Notes: generated by a model not told the origin, from the sequence alone. A stretch of DNA of 64,000 nt from Microcoleus sp. (GCA_042408215.1 JAYFMW010000003.1:96001-160000); one strand, 5' to 3'. Counted from the stretch's first letter, positions 12,101 through 22,135 are shown. Numbers and translations are program-made.

Positions 12101-12849
12101 TTATCCTTATACTTAAAAGCTGTGAAATAGCCTTTCAAATCCTCCGAAAAATCTACACCCAAAGTGCTGGTATCCATCCGCAGATTAGAAAACACACTTT
12201 TGGAGCGTAAATAGCTAATTTCTCTGAGCAAATATTTCCGTATCTCCTCTATTTCGTTGAGATTATCGACTTTTTCCGAAGTCAACGGAGGAGTAAACGC
12301 AGATAAATCAACGCACAGAATTCTAAAATCATTCTCATACTGTAACAACATCAGAGTATCAGCTTGCAAAAACTCACCCGTTTTCTTGTAGCGCTGGATG
12401 TAGGAGTTAATCTCATCGTCTGAGAAATTTGGTGGCGCTGTTTCAAACTGAGATAATACCTTCTTAAACGCTTTAAAAACTTCTGTCTTATCGTCATTCT
12501 GGGTTCTAATACTGTTAGCACAACTCAAACTGCACTGAAAATACAAGATTTGCGATAACCTTAAAGTCCAGCCCGTAGATGTGAGGTACTCCCGGAAGAA
12601 ATTCAACCCACCAATAAAGCCTTTTTGGACAAAAAATAGACTCCACTTCTCAACAATTTTAGCATCCAAACTACCGAGGAGATTAGCTTCCCTAGTTATT
12701 TCCGCCATCATCTTTGGCAATTCTAGTTTCTGCAAATCGAGACGGTAAGAATCACCAAAATTATGAGCTATCTTTTCCTTTTGAATATATGCCAAAATCC
12801 CGATATTGAATCCTACCTCAAACAGTAGTCCAAAATCTGCACTGATCAT
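9175..12849 (-). CDS. Large SF2 helicase-like protein with putative N-terminal PD-(D/E)XK nuclease domain
   Basis: Walker A GNPGIGKT (aa about 417), motif Ia YVSPRK, Walker B FIMIDE (aa about 620), motif III DAS, motif V TASGSRGLSFP, motif VI QVIYRGRG. The N-terminus has ADTLML...CVDLS...QAGSY (nuclease call tentative). Confidence 0.8.
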   Translation of the reverse strand: MISADFGLLFEVGFNIGILAYIQKEKIAHNFGDSYRLDLQKLELPKMMAEITREANLLGSLDAKIVEKWSLFFVQKGFIGGLNFFREYLTSTGWTLRLSQILYFQCSLSCANSIRTQNDDKTEVFKAFKKVLSQFETAPPNFSDDEINSYIQRYKKTGEFLQADTLMLLQYENDFRILCVDLSAFTPPLTSEKVDNLNEIEEIRKYLLREISYLRSKSVFSNLRMDTSTLGVDFSEDLKGYFTAFKYKDKESTKLIQAGSYAHSFYGFLQQTGILGQDAEVLFNVVGYGDRNISTISLRQDKLKLLATCAQIYKNKHTKKEISDSRSEVLDVIQLNAARSFQGGRKFVDSLLAIDKNLTKPVCHTEKIEDFVNSIDIISDKLADKLQINRGLHLRNAHAQLIVKALQSDETYIFLTGNPGIGKTTAIANFLKTHINDGFLFLYVSPRKQVNLDIIEKFKDKNTGLLCDNRLFCINTNSDIIASYSGKRTVKYISNSHDKNFEQKTVHFLKDNPEVQVKEYHQREIARKNETVIEPASLKTMGVLNSICNGIYSLINCKISNNIVATVSIQSLRMKENRQSTLDYLEQIFQDTYNKREKRVIPAKMQEISSRIKHIFIMIDEITGDDGGVEFLAGISKIVKNHELHEAKHGFNTKIIVADASIVDSDVIKQHLENTSPEPDKIYFKKLPKNSDVIEPLQVTPFEFKKLAATVINANSYPARSLEITYKVFVETVKYNENASLKENSNLVSRVQSEIIQDINQRLAIPGVEQIIVYIQNKQRLAELIEKIQKEREFNQFTDYLEIHANISEEEKEKIQECKDTAQVIFMTASGSRGLSFPKTKHILVDIPRFQIEKNLMEVIQVIYRGRGEDKYGKTLDGEDKELLFYVSYTAVYYADDADAELSLQESKLSLLNLLLILKTAVMTRISGYGYLGRDKFLMIPIGGKSVSAVGDTFSNKMASLIKTLKSESIRGNSLLKEVYTSLEELLGRGEFVLTNSDNSRHKGDSYLEMRDDFNKKFLEKCNPLAGLLSYDNLEIGHVCGSLLVVPLANQSLLENYQMRLHREIKECLEKKLLQKMYRIRDSKSSPENVISAIRGGAIELLQFLNNDVEKTQYFEQLSQQFDRYYAIPLFAFISGEEMQEYFADSGLEEPEDRRFRDILSAYMRSLYPVDSVMPIGHKYKDFPFIVFRSYSLEQSRAKMFTDKYLMSSNELNVLNLILSKDAN

Positions 12850-15800
12850 TATTTTGTACCTCCATCACCGACATTCAAGACTTCTCTTACTTTACTCAAA
12901 AAAGCCAGCGAGTTAAACTCCGCACTCCCACCCGCATGACTAAATATAGATAGATTACCAACCGAGTCATCGCCGATAATATGAGAGTATGGATCGAGTT
13001 TCAAACTAATCTGTTGACGCGCTTCATACCTCGAAAAGTGGAAGATGGTTAAATAGTGCAGTAAAGTATCTTTAATTTCACCATCATACATCAAACCTTG
13101 ACGAATATCTTGGTCATCCAGAATACCTGCATATATATTCAACAGTGTCGAGTAGGAAATAACACCGTAGTAAAAGTTTTTTTGTCCCTGCTGATCTACT
13201 TTGATACCGTTAAATAGATTAAAAAACATCACAGCTTGTTGACTAGGATCTTTTGATAAACCTTCCAGTTCCATTGTATCCTGAATGTAGAAAGATTCTC
13301 CCTTGTGTTCTTTAGGACTGCGGACATAGTATTTATCAAAAAATACCGGATAAATCTTGATATCTTGCCGCTCTCCTTTCAAAGTTTGGATGAGTTTTTT
13401 CGACATAAAAAACAATTGCTCATCTTCATCTGTCTGGGTAATGTGCAGCGTGCTTGTATAAGGTGCTTGTGCAATATACAGGAAATTTCGATAGCCATGC
13501 TTGTAAAGCTGGCTGACAGTATCTTCAAGAATTGATGGCTGACTGTAAAGGTGTTGAACACTGTAGTTTTCTGACAATGTTTTTAACATTCCGACTTGAA
13601 TTGTATCCTCTGATAGGCGTTTAATTCCCGCAACTTCGCCTAACAAGCAAGTTTTTCTCTGAAAGCGATCGCTATTACCTTTTTTCGCATCACTTTCGCA
13701 ACTGGAGACGACAATAATTGCTAAATTATTCAACTCTGGAGATAATGGAACATTCCTAAATTTAATTTTTTTAGGAAGGATTGAATAGAGGGAACTTAAA
13801 CCATTGCGAATACTGTAACCATTCGGTTTTTGCTTGACTCGAAATCCTTGAGAAGTCGATCGGTATTTTTCACTAAACAGATGAGACAATGTTTTAGAAA
13901 CGTTAGCCATAAACTTTTCCGACGGCGAAGGATGCTTTTCGTCGCCTTCGTGAAGTCTCACCATCGGAATAAACAAATTCTTTTTCGATTTATTCAGCAA
14001 TATTTCTAGGCAAATATAAGACAGTAGCGAAACAGCAAATTTGTAAACAAACCTTGCATCCGATTTCAAGCCGTCCTTGTTGTCTAAACGTTTATTGTTA
14101 TAACGAAACAACAGCAATTTATACTGTTCGGAAAAACTGTTGCTATATACATTCATCAGAGTTTCTGGAACCCACATTACAGGCAAAGTATCGATGCTTT
14201 TAATGCTATATTCCATGCTGAAATTCTGGAATTCATCAGTAGGGAAATAGCGGACATCTTCGATGGTGATAGTGACTGGTAATTGACAAATAGCTGTTTC
14301 GTTGATGCTAGATTGTTCTACGGCGATATACTGAAGTGATTCTTTGGGATTTCGTTGCAGAACATCATTGAAAAATCTACCTGTGGTTACAGCATTATCG
14401 AGGTCTTGTAGGATGCCTCTTTTGACGCTTATATGTCGCGGTTCTGTGCGACTTGGCAAAATTGTTTGCCTATCTATAAAGTCTTTTAATAATTGCTTGA
14501 GACGGGTTATTTTAACTGCAACATTATATTCAGTCAGACCTCTTTTGATACCTCGAAAGATCCCCTTTTTCTTTTCTTCGTCAGAACCTCGGAGTACAGA
14601 AATTACTGTTTCAAACCTTTGTTTTGGATCGTAAGTTAGTTCAGAGTCAGGGTTGTAATCCGGTGCTAAAGGATTGCTGTGAGAAGCAAATACAAAATAG
14701 TACAATAATGCTATTTTTAATACCTTGCGGATGAAGGTTTCGCTAGTATAGCCATCTGCTAATTCGGCTTTGTGTTCCTCACTCTCAGGATTCAACAAAT
14801 TCAGGTTATAATCAAATACAGGTTTACCCCCGCGGGCTTGAACTTCGTTGCCAAATTTTAGTTTTAAACCGAAAATATATTTACGTTCGCTGAGATGAGT
14901 GTCTGTGGTTTCTCCTAAATAACCTGCTACAATCGGAATGATGGGAAGTGCATCTAAAACTTCCGCTCTGGAAAACATATCTTGGTAATTAACTGTGACA
15001 CCGGCATAATTGACATTATAATAGCCATCTTCTTTAGTGCGATCGCCAATGTATGCTTCGAGCAACCTAATCCGCCGGATCAAGTCTTCTAAATAGATGA
15101 TACCAACACTATCTGTGCTGCTAGTGCGGATGTGTTCTAGCAGATACTCCAAGTAGGTAATTTTAGCTTCTTTTTTGAGCTTCCCTAGAGTTTCTTTGTC
15201 TACAAGTTTGAGCAATTTGTGGAAATCAGAATTTTCATCTTTAACCAGCTCATTAAGCCGACGATGCAGTTCTTGTCGATCACTTTCAGTGTCAGCATTT
15301 TCATCAATGTAATTCTCTAAACCCTCCTTCAGTTGTTGCTGAAAGATGTCTGAATCTCGCACAGCAATCGTCAATTTATGCAGTTTCAAAATTGCCGTTG
15401 TTCCAACAGTATTTGGGCGCTGTAAAGTGAGCTTCTTTTTTGCTAAGGTAGGAGAGGGTTTTGCAAAATCATATTTGAAGCCTAACTCTTGGCCGTTTCC
15501 CTGAAAAGACCGTGATTCTAAAGGCTCAATTAAGCTAGCTACGAAATTTTCAATAGCATCATTCCCTCCCACGACTGATGCTAAATGTTGTCGCAAATAT
15601 TGTCTAATTTGTCTAATCTGAGTGCCAAATTGAGTTTCAAGTTCGGGAGTGAAATTGACTGTAGCAGAATGTGCGAAGCGTTCAAAACCACCCAAGGGAG
15701 GCCGCACGTTCAAACTTGATATTTGAGCAGCTACCGCGTCAATATCTATTAGCAAGCGTCTGCGATCGCCCGAAACGCTAAACGGATTTTTCCCCCGCAA

Positions 15801-15878
15801 AACTTCTAAAATCTTGTCCAGCAAATCGCCATAGTCCACTGGAACTAAATCGCTGTCACCTAATCTTAAGATGTTCAC
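12849..15878 (-). CDS. 1009-aa protein with putative C-terminal MID-PIWI (Argonaute-like, inactive) module
   Basis: Long ORF with GTG start and AGGGG RBS; its TAA overlaps the helicase ATG. The C-terminal motif order matches MID/PIWI (see findings). The ORF is solid; the function is inferred. Confidence 0.6.
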   Translation of the reverse strand: MNILRLGDSDLVPVDYGDLLDKILEVLRGKNPFSVSGDRRRLLIDIDAVAAQISSLNVRPPLGGFERFAHSATVNFTPELETQFGTQIRQIRQYLRQHLASVVGGNDAIENFVASLIEPLESRSFQGNGQELGFKYDFAKPSPTLAKKKLTLQRPNTVGTTAILKLHKLTIAVRDSDIFQQQLKEGLENYIDENADTESDRQELHRRLNELVKDENSDFHKLLKLVDKETLGKLKKEAKITYLEYLLEHIRTSSTDSVGIIYLEDLIRRIRLLEAYIGDRTKEDGYYNVNYAGVTVNYQDMFSRAEVLDALPIIPIVAGYLGETTDTHLSERKYIFGLKLKFGNEVQARGGKPVFDYNLNLLNPESEEHKAELADGYTSETFIRKVLKIALLYYFVFASHSNPLAPDYNPDSELTYDPKQRFETVISVLRGSDEEKKKGIFRGIKRGLTEYNVAVKITRLKQLLKDFIDRQTILPSRTEPRHISVKRGILQDLDNAVTTGRFFNDVLQRNPKESLQYIAVEQSSINETAICQLPVTITIEDVRYFPTDEFQNFSMEYSIKSIDTLPVMWVPETLMNVYSNSFSEQYKLLLFRYNNKRLDNKDGLKSDARFVYKFAVSLLSYICLEILLNKSKKNLFIPMVRLHEGDEKHPSPSEKFMANVSKTLSHLFSEKYRSTSQGFRVKQKPNGYSIRNGLSSLYSILPKKIKFRNVPLSPELNNLAIIVVSSCESDAKKGNSDRFQRKTCLLGEVAGIKRLSEDTIQVGMLKTLSENYSVQHLYSQPSILEDTVSQLYKHGYRNFLYIAQAPYTSTLHITQTDEDEQLFFMSKKLIQTLKGERQDIKIYPVFFDKYYVRSPKEHKGESFYIQDTMELEGLSKDPSQQAVMFFNLFNGIKVDQQGQKNFYYGVISYSTLLNIYAGILDDQDIRQGLMYDGEIKDTLLHYLTIFHFSRYEARQQISLKLDPYSHIIGDDSVGNLSIFSHAGGSAEFNSLAFLSKVREVLNVGDGGTK

Positions 15879-15891
15879 CCTGTTATCCCCT

Positions 15892-16161
15892 TCAAAAAGC
15901 TTGAATCCACTCTTTCACTTCGTACTCAGTCCAAACCCCATTTACCCAATAAGGATCGGCTTCAACCAATTGTCGCACAGCCGCCTCATCTTCCGCTTCG
16001 TAAATTGCAAAAACTTTTGTTAAATCTTTCGTTGGTCCGATCGTACTTAATACCCCCAATTCCTTTTGCTTAGCCAATCCCGCTAAATGAGCGTCTCGAA
16101 ACGGAGCGCGTTTTTCGAGGACATCCTCGCAGTAACTTCCCCACATCACATATTTTGTCAC
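15892..16161 (-). CDS. YciI family protein
   Basis: R..H..L (KRAPFRDAHLAGL), GPT and ADPYWVNGVW motifs; 89 aa. Confidence 0.9.
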   Translation of the reverse strand: MTKYVMWGSYCEDVLEKRAPFRDAHLAGLAKQKELGVLSTIGPTKDLTKVFAIYEAEDEAAVRQLVEADPYWVNGVWTEYEVKEWIQAF

Positions 16162-16381
16162 GGTTTTGAGCCTCGGATGAATTTGTTTTAAAGTTATTGT
16201 ACAATAAGATTAGCAGGATTTAACGAGAATTTTAAGGATTAAGATTCTTTAACCGCAGAGGGCGCAGAGGGCGCGGAGGAAGAGTGGAAAGAGAGATGTT
16301 TGTTCTAGAGTCTGTAGGGATATATGGCGCATCTTGCGTCGATCGTACTATCATATTACTAAATTCATAGAGGAGCAAGCT

Positions 16382-16951
16382 ATGACTTTATTAGACCTTC
16401 GCCTGTTGACGGTTCAAGAATATCACCTAATGGCTGAAATTGGGATTCTTGATGAAGATGAACGAGTAGAATTACTGGCAGGACAGATAGTTAAGATGGC
16501 AGCCAAAGGAACCGCACACGGTGCAGGGGTAAAACGGACTGTAGAGCTATTAGAGAACCGTTTAGGAAGGTTGGTATTGGTAAGCGTACAAGATCCAGTT
16601 CGGTTAAATGACAACTCGGAACCTGAACCAGATATTGCTTTGCTGGTGCGAGATCCACTTTACTATGAAGACCATCATCCAACTCCTTCTGAAATTTATC
16701 TGATTATTGAGGTTGCTGATACTACGCTGAGGACAGATTTGGGGATTAAAGCGACAATTTATGCTGAGTCAGGAATTGCAGATTATTGGGTATTAGATGT
16801 TAATAATCGGCAACTTCACGTATTCCGAGAACCTACTCAGGATGGTTATCAAAGTATAGCAGTTCTTGGGGATGATGCGAGTATTTGTCCTTTGCAATTT
16901 CCTGATATTTCTTTTGCTGTGCGAGATATGTTGCGGCCAATGCAATTTTAG
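16382..16951 (+). CDS. Uma2 family (DUF820) endonuclease-like protein
   Basis: RVELLAGQIV, SEPEPDIA, LIIEVAD and K...YAESGIADYWVLD motifs; AGGAG RBS before ATG 16382. Confidence 0.92.
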   Translation: MTLLDLRLLTVQEYHLMAEIGILDEDERVELLAGQIVKMAAKGTAHGAGVKRTVELLENRLGRLVLVSVQDPVRLNDNSEPEPDIALLVRDPLYYEDHHPTPSEIYLIIEVADTTLRTDLGIKATIYAESGIADYWVLDVNNRQLHVFREPTQDGYQSIAVLGDDASICPLQFPDISFAVRDMLRPMQF

Positions 16952-17079
16952 ATTTTAGATTTTAGATTTTAGATTTTTTGCGTACTTACCATGTTCTGCC
17001 CTTATCAGGGGATTTAGGGTATGTCGCAGTCGCCTACAAAGAATTAGGCCACTCCATATACCCTAAATTTCCTCATTTG

Positions 17080-19527
17080 CTAGCTTCTTAAACTAACGCC
17101 GAATTTCTCCACTAAAACATCGCGGACTTTTTGTTGTGCGGGTTCGACATCGGTTTCGCTTAATGTTCGATCGCCCGCGCGGTAAATTAACCGAAATGCC
17201 AAACTCCGCTGGCCCGCCGGCACGTTGTCGCCCCGGTATTCGTCGAACAATTCCACCGAATCCAGCAAGCTACCAGCCGCCTTTTTCATCGCACCAGCCA
17301 TCTCAGCAACTGCAACTTCAACCGGTGCGAAAAATGCAATGTCTCTGTCGGAAGCGGGGAAACTGGAATAGCCGGTGAATTTGCGAGTCGAATTCCTCGA
17401 ACTCCCTAACTTAGCCAACAGCACCGCCAAATCTAATTGAAACACATAAACCTGCTCAGGCAAATCTTTTTCTTGCTGCAATTGTGGGTGTAATTGTCCA
17501 AAGATTCCCAAAGGTTTCCCGTTTAATGATAACGCAGCCGTGCGGCCCGGATGCAAGCGCGAATTAGAGGAATCGCTTTGATATTCCACCGCCAAACCCA
17601 ACTCTTGAAACACGCTTTCCAAAATACCTTTGGCCTCAAACCAAGTCAAAGCGCGATCGCGCCCTCCTTGCTGCCATTTCCCAACAGTTGGATCTCCCCC
17701 AATAATCCCCGCAACTGCGTCTGCTTCCTTCATAGCATCCCCTTCTTTCCAGAAAATGCGGCCGACTTCAAAACCGTTGAGCGCGCCGTTTCCCTGCTCC
17801 AAATTGTACTGGAAAGCGTCAATCAAACCCGATAGCATTTCAGTCCGCAAAGCCGAATACTCAACAAACAGCGGATTCGCCAACACCACCTGATTTTCTC
17901 CCTCAGTTTTCACCAAAGAATAGTGCATCAACTCTGTCAAACCGGCCGCCCGAAAAGCCGATCGCACATTCCGAATTGCCGCATATTCTGGTGACAGATA
18001 ACCGGGCTCCGTTTTGCTAGGTAAAGTCTCGCAGAAATTGTCGTAACCGTGGAGTCGCGCAATCTCCTCAATTAAATCAATTTCTCTTTCTAAATCTCGG
18101 TAGCGGTAAGGCGGAACTGCGATCGCAAAAACCCGTTCTTTCCCAGCCGGAACAACTTCGCAGCCCAAGGCTGTGAGAATATGTTTCACCTCTGCCGGTT
18201 CCAAATATTCAGAACCGCCTGTTTCGCTTCTTTTCAATTTACCTAAAACCAGATTTACTCGGTCTAAACGCAATTCGAGCGATCGCGAAAAACTCAAATC
18301 ATCCGCACCAGAACTCGCCGTTTTCTGCACCGTCGCAGCGCCTCCAGCCAACTCCAAAATTAGGGCTACAGCGCGGTTGCAAGCCGTCGTCAAGGCCGCC
18401 TGATTCACCCCCCGTTCGTAGCGGATCGAAGACTCACTTCGCAAGCCTTGAGCGCGCGCAGAACGGCGAATCGTTGCCTGGTCAAAAATCGCTGCTTCTA
18501 AGACTAAGTTTTGAGTGCCTTCGTGAACTTCCGTTGATTCGCCACCCATTACCCCAGCCAACGCTACGGGTTTGTCGCTAGCAGTAATTAGCAGATTTTG
18601 TGGTTGCAAATTGCGGTTTTGTCCGTCCAAGGTTTTGAAGGATTCGCCTGTTTTGGCAAACCGGACGCCGATGTTGATATCTTGAGTTGCGGTGAAAGAT
18701 TGTAGGCGATCGCGATCGAAAGCGTGCAGCGGCTGGCCCCATTCCAGCAAAATGTAATTAGTCACATCAACCACATTATTAATCGGCCGCACTCCCGCCG
18801 CCTGCAACCGCTGCTGTAACCAAGCCGGAGAAGGTGCAATTTTCACCCCTTCAATTGCCGTCCCCATGTAAATCGGGCAGCCTTCCGACTCGGATATTTC
18901 TACTGTTAAATTAGGGCTTTCTTTCCCCTGAATCGCCACATCCGTCGCTTCGGGAATTCTCAAATTCGCCCCTGTCAGCGCCGCCACTTCCCGCGCCACA
19001 CCAACCATACTCAAAGCATCAGCACGATTCGCCGTTGCTGTCAAGTCTAAAATCACATCATCTAAACCTAAAAGCGGGCGAATATCGCTGCCCAATTCTG
19101 GGTTTTCTAAGTCAAAGATGTGAATTCCTGCCGACTCTTTGGACAGTCCCAATTCTGCTAAGGAGCAAATCATACCTGCGGAGGGAACGCCCCGCAATTT
19201 CGCGGGTTTAATTTTTAAATCTATCTGAGATAAAAAAGTCCCGACTACGGCGACGGGCACGTAAATGTCTGCCCTAGCGTTGGGTGCGCCGCAAACAATA
19301 TTCAATGGTTCTGATTTGCCAACATCTACTTGACAAACTCTCAACTTGTCTGCATTCGGATGTTGTTCGATCGCCACTATTTTGCCCAAAACCACGCCGT
19401 CAGCCCAAGTACGGCGGTCTTCGATCTCTTCGACTTCAAACCCAGCCATTGTCAGAGTTTCGGCTAATTCTTCCGGGGCGATCGCCACATCCACCAATTC
19501 CCGCAGCCAATTTAGAGAAATACGCAT
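17080..19527 (-). CDS. pheT: Phenylalanine-tRNA ligase beta subunit
   Basis: [37 protein letters not shown] and C-terminal FDX-ACB domain. Confidence 0.98.
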   Translation of the reverse strand: MRISLNWLRELVDVAIAPEELAETLTMAGFEVEEIEDRRTWADGVVLGKIVAIEQHPNADKLRVCQVDVGKSEPLNIVCGAPNARADIYVPVAVVGTFLSQIDLKIKPAKLRGVPSAGMICSLAELGLSKESAGIHIFDLENPELGSDIRPLLGLDDVILDLTATANRADALSMVGVAREVAALTGANLRIPEATDVAIQGKESPNLTVEISESEGCPIYMGTAIEGVKIAPSPAWLQQRLQAAGVRPINNVVDVTNYILLEWGQPLHAFDRDRLQSFTATQDINIGVRFAKTGESFKTLDGQNRNLQPQNLLITASDKPVALAGVMGGESTEVHEGTQNLVLEAAIFDQATIRRSARAQGLRSESSIRYERGVNQAALTTACNRAVALILELAGGAATVQKTASSGADDLSFSRSLELRLDRVNLVLGKLKRSETGGSEYLEPAEVKHILTALGCEVVPAGKERVFAIAVPPYRYRDLEREIDLIEEIARLHGYDNFCETLPSKTEPGYLSPEYAAIRNVRSAFRAAGLTELMHYSLVKTEGENQVVLANPLFVEYSALRTEMLSGLIDAFQYNLEQGNGALNGFEVGRIFWKEGDAMKEADAVAGIIGGDPTVGKWQQGGRDRALTWFEAKGILESVFQELGLAVEYQSDSSNSRLHPGRTAALSLNGKPLGIFGQLHPQLQQEKDLPEQVYVFQLDLAVLLAKLGSSRNSTRKFTGYSSFPASDRDIAFFAPVEVAVAEMAGAMKKAAGSLLDSVELFDEYRGDNVPAGQRSLAFRLIYRAGDRTLSETDVEPAQQKVRDVLVEKFGVSLRS

Positions 19528-20180
19528 AGTTTAGTTAGTAGTCATTAGTTATTAGTCATTAGTCCCTAGGAATCATCAAAATTTCTGACGCATACCTAAT
19601 AGACATCTGGCAAAAAGCAAGTCAAAAACAGGCATCCAGCCTGTTCCACAATAATTATAGGAGATGTCTGTTGACTAATGCCTTCTGCATTCTACCTTCT
19701 GGCGAATACCATTTGATAACTATCTAGCCCCAGAATCAATCCAGGACTCTCAATATCATATTTATTGAATATTGTCAAGATGCTTGAGCGATTTATCAGA
19801 AAAAATGATAATTTTCCCCAAAGGGAGATGGATCTTGGCGGATGAGTAACATTCTCATGGGAGAGAATGAGGTATGCTAGAGATATCGAAAAGTGCAAAC
19901 AGCACTTAAGTTTAGCAAGACTTTACACAAAAAAGGATAACTTTAGCAAGTCTCTAAATTATCTTCAAGGGTCATCAACAGCAAAAACTCGCAACAGCGA
20001 TATGGTAAAAAACGGAAAATATCGGGGTCTAAAAGACTTAGGTGTAATTCAACTTTGCGATCGGACCCAGGGCCCTGGGGCAACTGAGAGATAAGTATTT
20101 CTAGCAGCAGCAGGAACAGGGCATTTGTACAGTCTCGTGGCGCGGGCTAGATTCAAAAAACATAAGCACACTCAATCAAC

Positions 20181-21806
20181 ATGAGCTACTGCATAAATCC
20201 CGGCTGCCCACATCCTCAAAACCCCCCTGACTCCATTCTCCAGTGTCAAGCTTGTGGCGCACGATTGCTGCTGCGCGCTCGCTATCAAGTAATTGAACCC
20301 TTAGGACAAGGAGGTTTTGGAGCCACATTCCTGGCCAAAGATATCTCTTTGCCCGGTCAGCCGAGCTGCGTAGTCAAGCAACTGCGACCCAGCAGTTCGT
20401 CGCCGCGAGTTCTAGAAATGGCGCGGGAACTATTTAAGCGAGAGGCAAAAACCCTCGGTAAACTAGGCGACCACCCCCAAATACCCAGGCTGCTAGATTA
20501 CTTTGAGGTAGAACAACAATTTTATTTGGTTCAAGAGTATGTTAAAGGCTCGACTTTGAAACAAGAAGTCAAACAATCGGGTCGTTTAAATGAATCAGAT
20601 GTTAAAAATTTTCTCTTAGAAATTTTACCGGTAGTGCAGTACATCCACAGCCAAGGAGTAATTCACCGGGACATCAAACCCGCAAATATTATTCGCCGAG
20701 TTCAAGACAACCACTTAGTTTTAATTGACTTCGGAGCCGTAAAAGATCAAGTCAGCCAAACAATATTATTAGACCCCGCCGACCAAAGCGCCAACACCAA
20801 ATTTTCAGTAGGCACATTTAGTTTTGCCCCGCCGGAACAAATGGCAATGCGGCCGATATATGCCAGCGATATCTACGCCTTGGGTATGACTTGTCTGTAC
20901 TTGCTGACGGGAAAATCGCCCAAAGATTTAGATTTCGATGGAGCCACCGGTGAAATTGTTTGGCAGTCACGGGTTCAGCTAAGTCCAAATTTTGCCCGGA
21001 TTCTCGATAAAATGCTCAAGCCGATGGTTGGCCACCGCTTCCAATCAGCAGCAGATGTCATCAAAGCTCTCAAGGGCGAATTTGAAGACGCAGACCTTTT
21101 GGAGGGCTTGGCTACTCAATTCAACGGCTCTAATCGCACAGTTGAAGAACCGACCATATTTAATGACGAGAGTTCTTCGTGGCCACCGCCCCGGAACAAA
21201 ATCAATTCAGGAGCGAAGCAAAATCTCCGTGGCAGAAGTTCCTCCACTCAATCGGGAAACACGGGAATGCAGCCGAGAGTTTCCCGGACTCTGGCTGAGT
21301 CCGGCAGAAGTTTCGGCACGGTTGCACCTGACGGTGGCAGTTTAACAGGGTCAAAGCTACCGAAAGTTCCTGCTAAGTGGGACAGCAACAGCGTGCGATC
21401 GGCATATTTTAAAGGTAAGCGCGATTTTGCCGACTGCGAACTTTCGGGTCTGCAACTGCCAAAAGCGCAGTTGGCGGGGGGAAATTTTTATCAGGCTCGG
21501 CTGGTGAAGGCAAATTTGCAAGCAGCAGATTTGTCTGGGGCCAATTTGGGTCACGCCAGATTAATTAGGGCGAATTTGCGAGATGCTAATTTGACTGAAG
21601 CTTATTGCAGCACGGCCAATTTTGAATGCGCCGATTTCAGAGGTGCTGACTTGACGGGGGCTTATTTGAGCAAGGCGAATTTGCGGGGAGCAAATTTGTG
21701 CGGGGCGAATCTTACCAACGCTACAGTTAGTGAAGAACAATTGGCAACGGCAAAGACGAATTGGATGACTACTAAGCCTGATGGTAAGCGGGTTTTTGGA
21801 TTTTAA
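20181..21806 (+). CDS. Ser/Thr protein kinase with C-terminal pentapeptide repeats (SpkB-like)
   Basis: N-terminal YCINPGC zinc ribbon, GQGGFG, HRDIKPAN, DFG, APPE and A(D/N)LxG pentapeptide repeats. Confidence 0.95.
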   Translation: MSYCINPGCPHPQNPPDSILQCQACGARLLLRARYQVIEPLGQGGFGATFLAKDISLPGQPSCVVKQLRPSSSSPRVLEMARELFKREAKTLGKLGDHPQIPRLLDYFEVEQQFYLVQEYVKGSTLKQEVKQSGRLNESDVKNFLLEILPVVQYIHSQGVIHRDIKPANIIRRVQDNHLVLIDFGAVKDQVSQTILLDPADQSANTKFSVGTFSFAPPEQMAMRPIYASDIYALGMTCLYLLTGKSPKDLDFDGATGEIVWQSRVQLSPNFARILDKMLKPMVGHRFQSAADVIKALKGEFEDADLLEGLATQFNGSNRTVEEPTIFNDESSSWPPPRNKINSGAKQNLRGRSSSTQSGNTGMQPRVSRTLAESGRSFGTVAPDGGSLTGSKLPKVPAKWDSNSVRSAYFKGKRDFADCELSGLQLPKAQLAGGNFYQARLVKANLQAADLSGANLGHARLIRANLRDANLTEAYCSTANFECADFRGADLTGAYLSKANLRGANLCGANLTNATVSEEQLATAKTNWMTTKPDGKRVFGF

Positions 21807-21808
21807 GA

Positions 21809-22032
21809 AGTCATTAGTCAGCAGTCATTAGTCAGCAGTCATTAGTCATTAGTCATTAGTCAGTAGTCAGTGGTCATTAGTCAGTGGTCATTAGTCATTA
21901 GTCATTAGTCAGTAGTCAGTGGTCATTAGTCAGTGGTCATTAGTCATTAGTCATTAGTCATTAGTCAGTAGTCAGTGGTCAGTAGTCAGTAGTCAGTGGT
22001 CAACAATCAACAGTCAACTGTCAACAGTCAAC
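21809..22032. repeat. STRR heptamer array (AGTCATT / AGTCAGT variants)
   Basis: Tandem 7-mers downstream of the kinase. Confidence 0.9.
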
Positions 22033-22135
22033 TTCCCCTCCCCCAGTCAGGTGATACGCCCGGAGGAAGCTCGATCGCCCTCCGACCCCATAAATTAAAA
22101 ACTAGCAAGGTCGGATTCGTCGATCGCACCTAAAC

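Noticed and set aside
19560..20180. Long pheT-kinase intergenic region with short ORFs and hairpins as a possible ncRNA
   Set aside because: No recognisable RNA family or protein motif.
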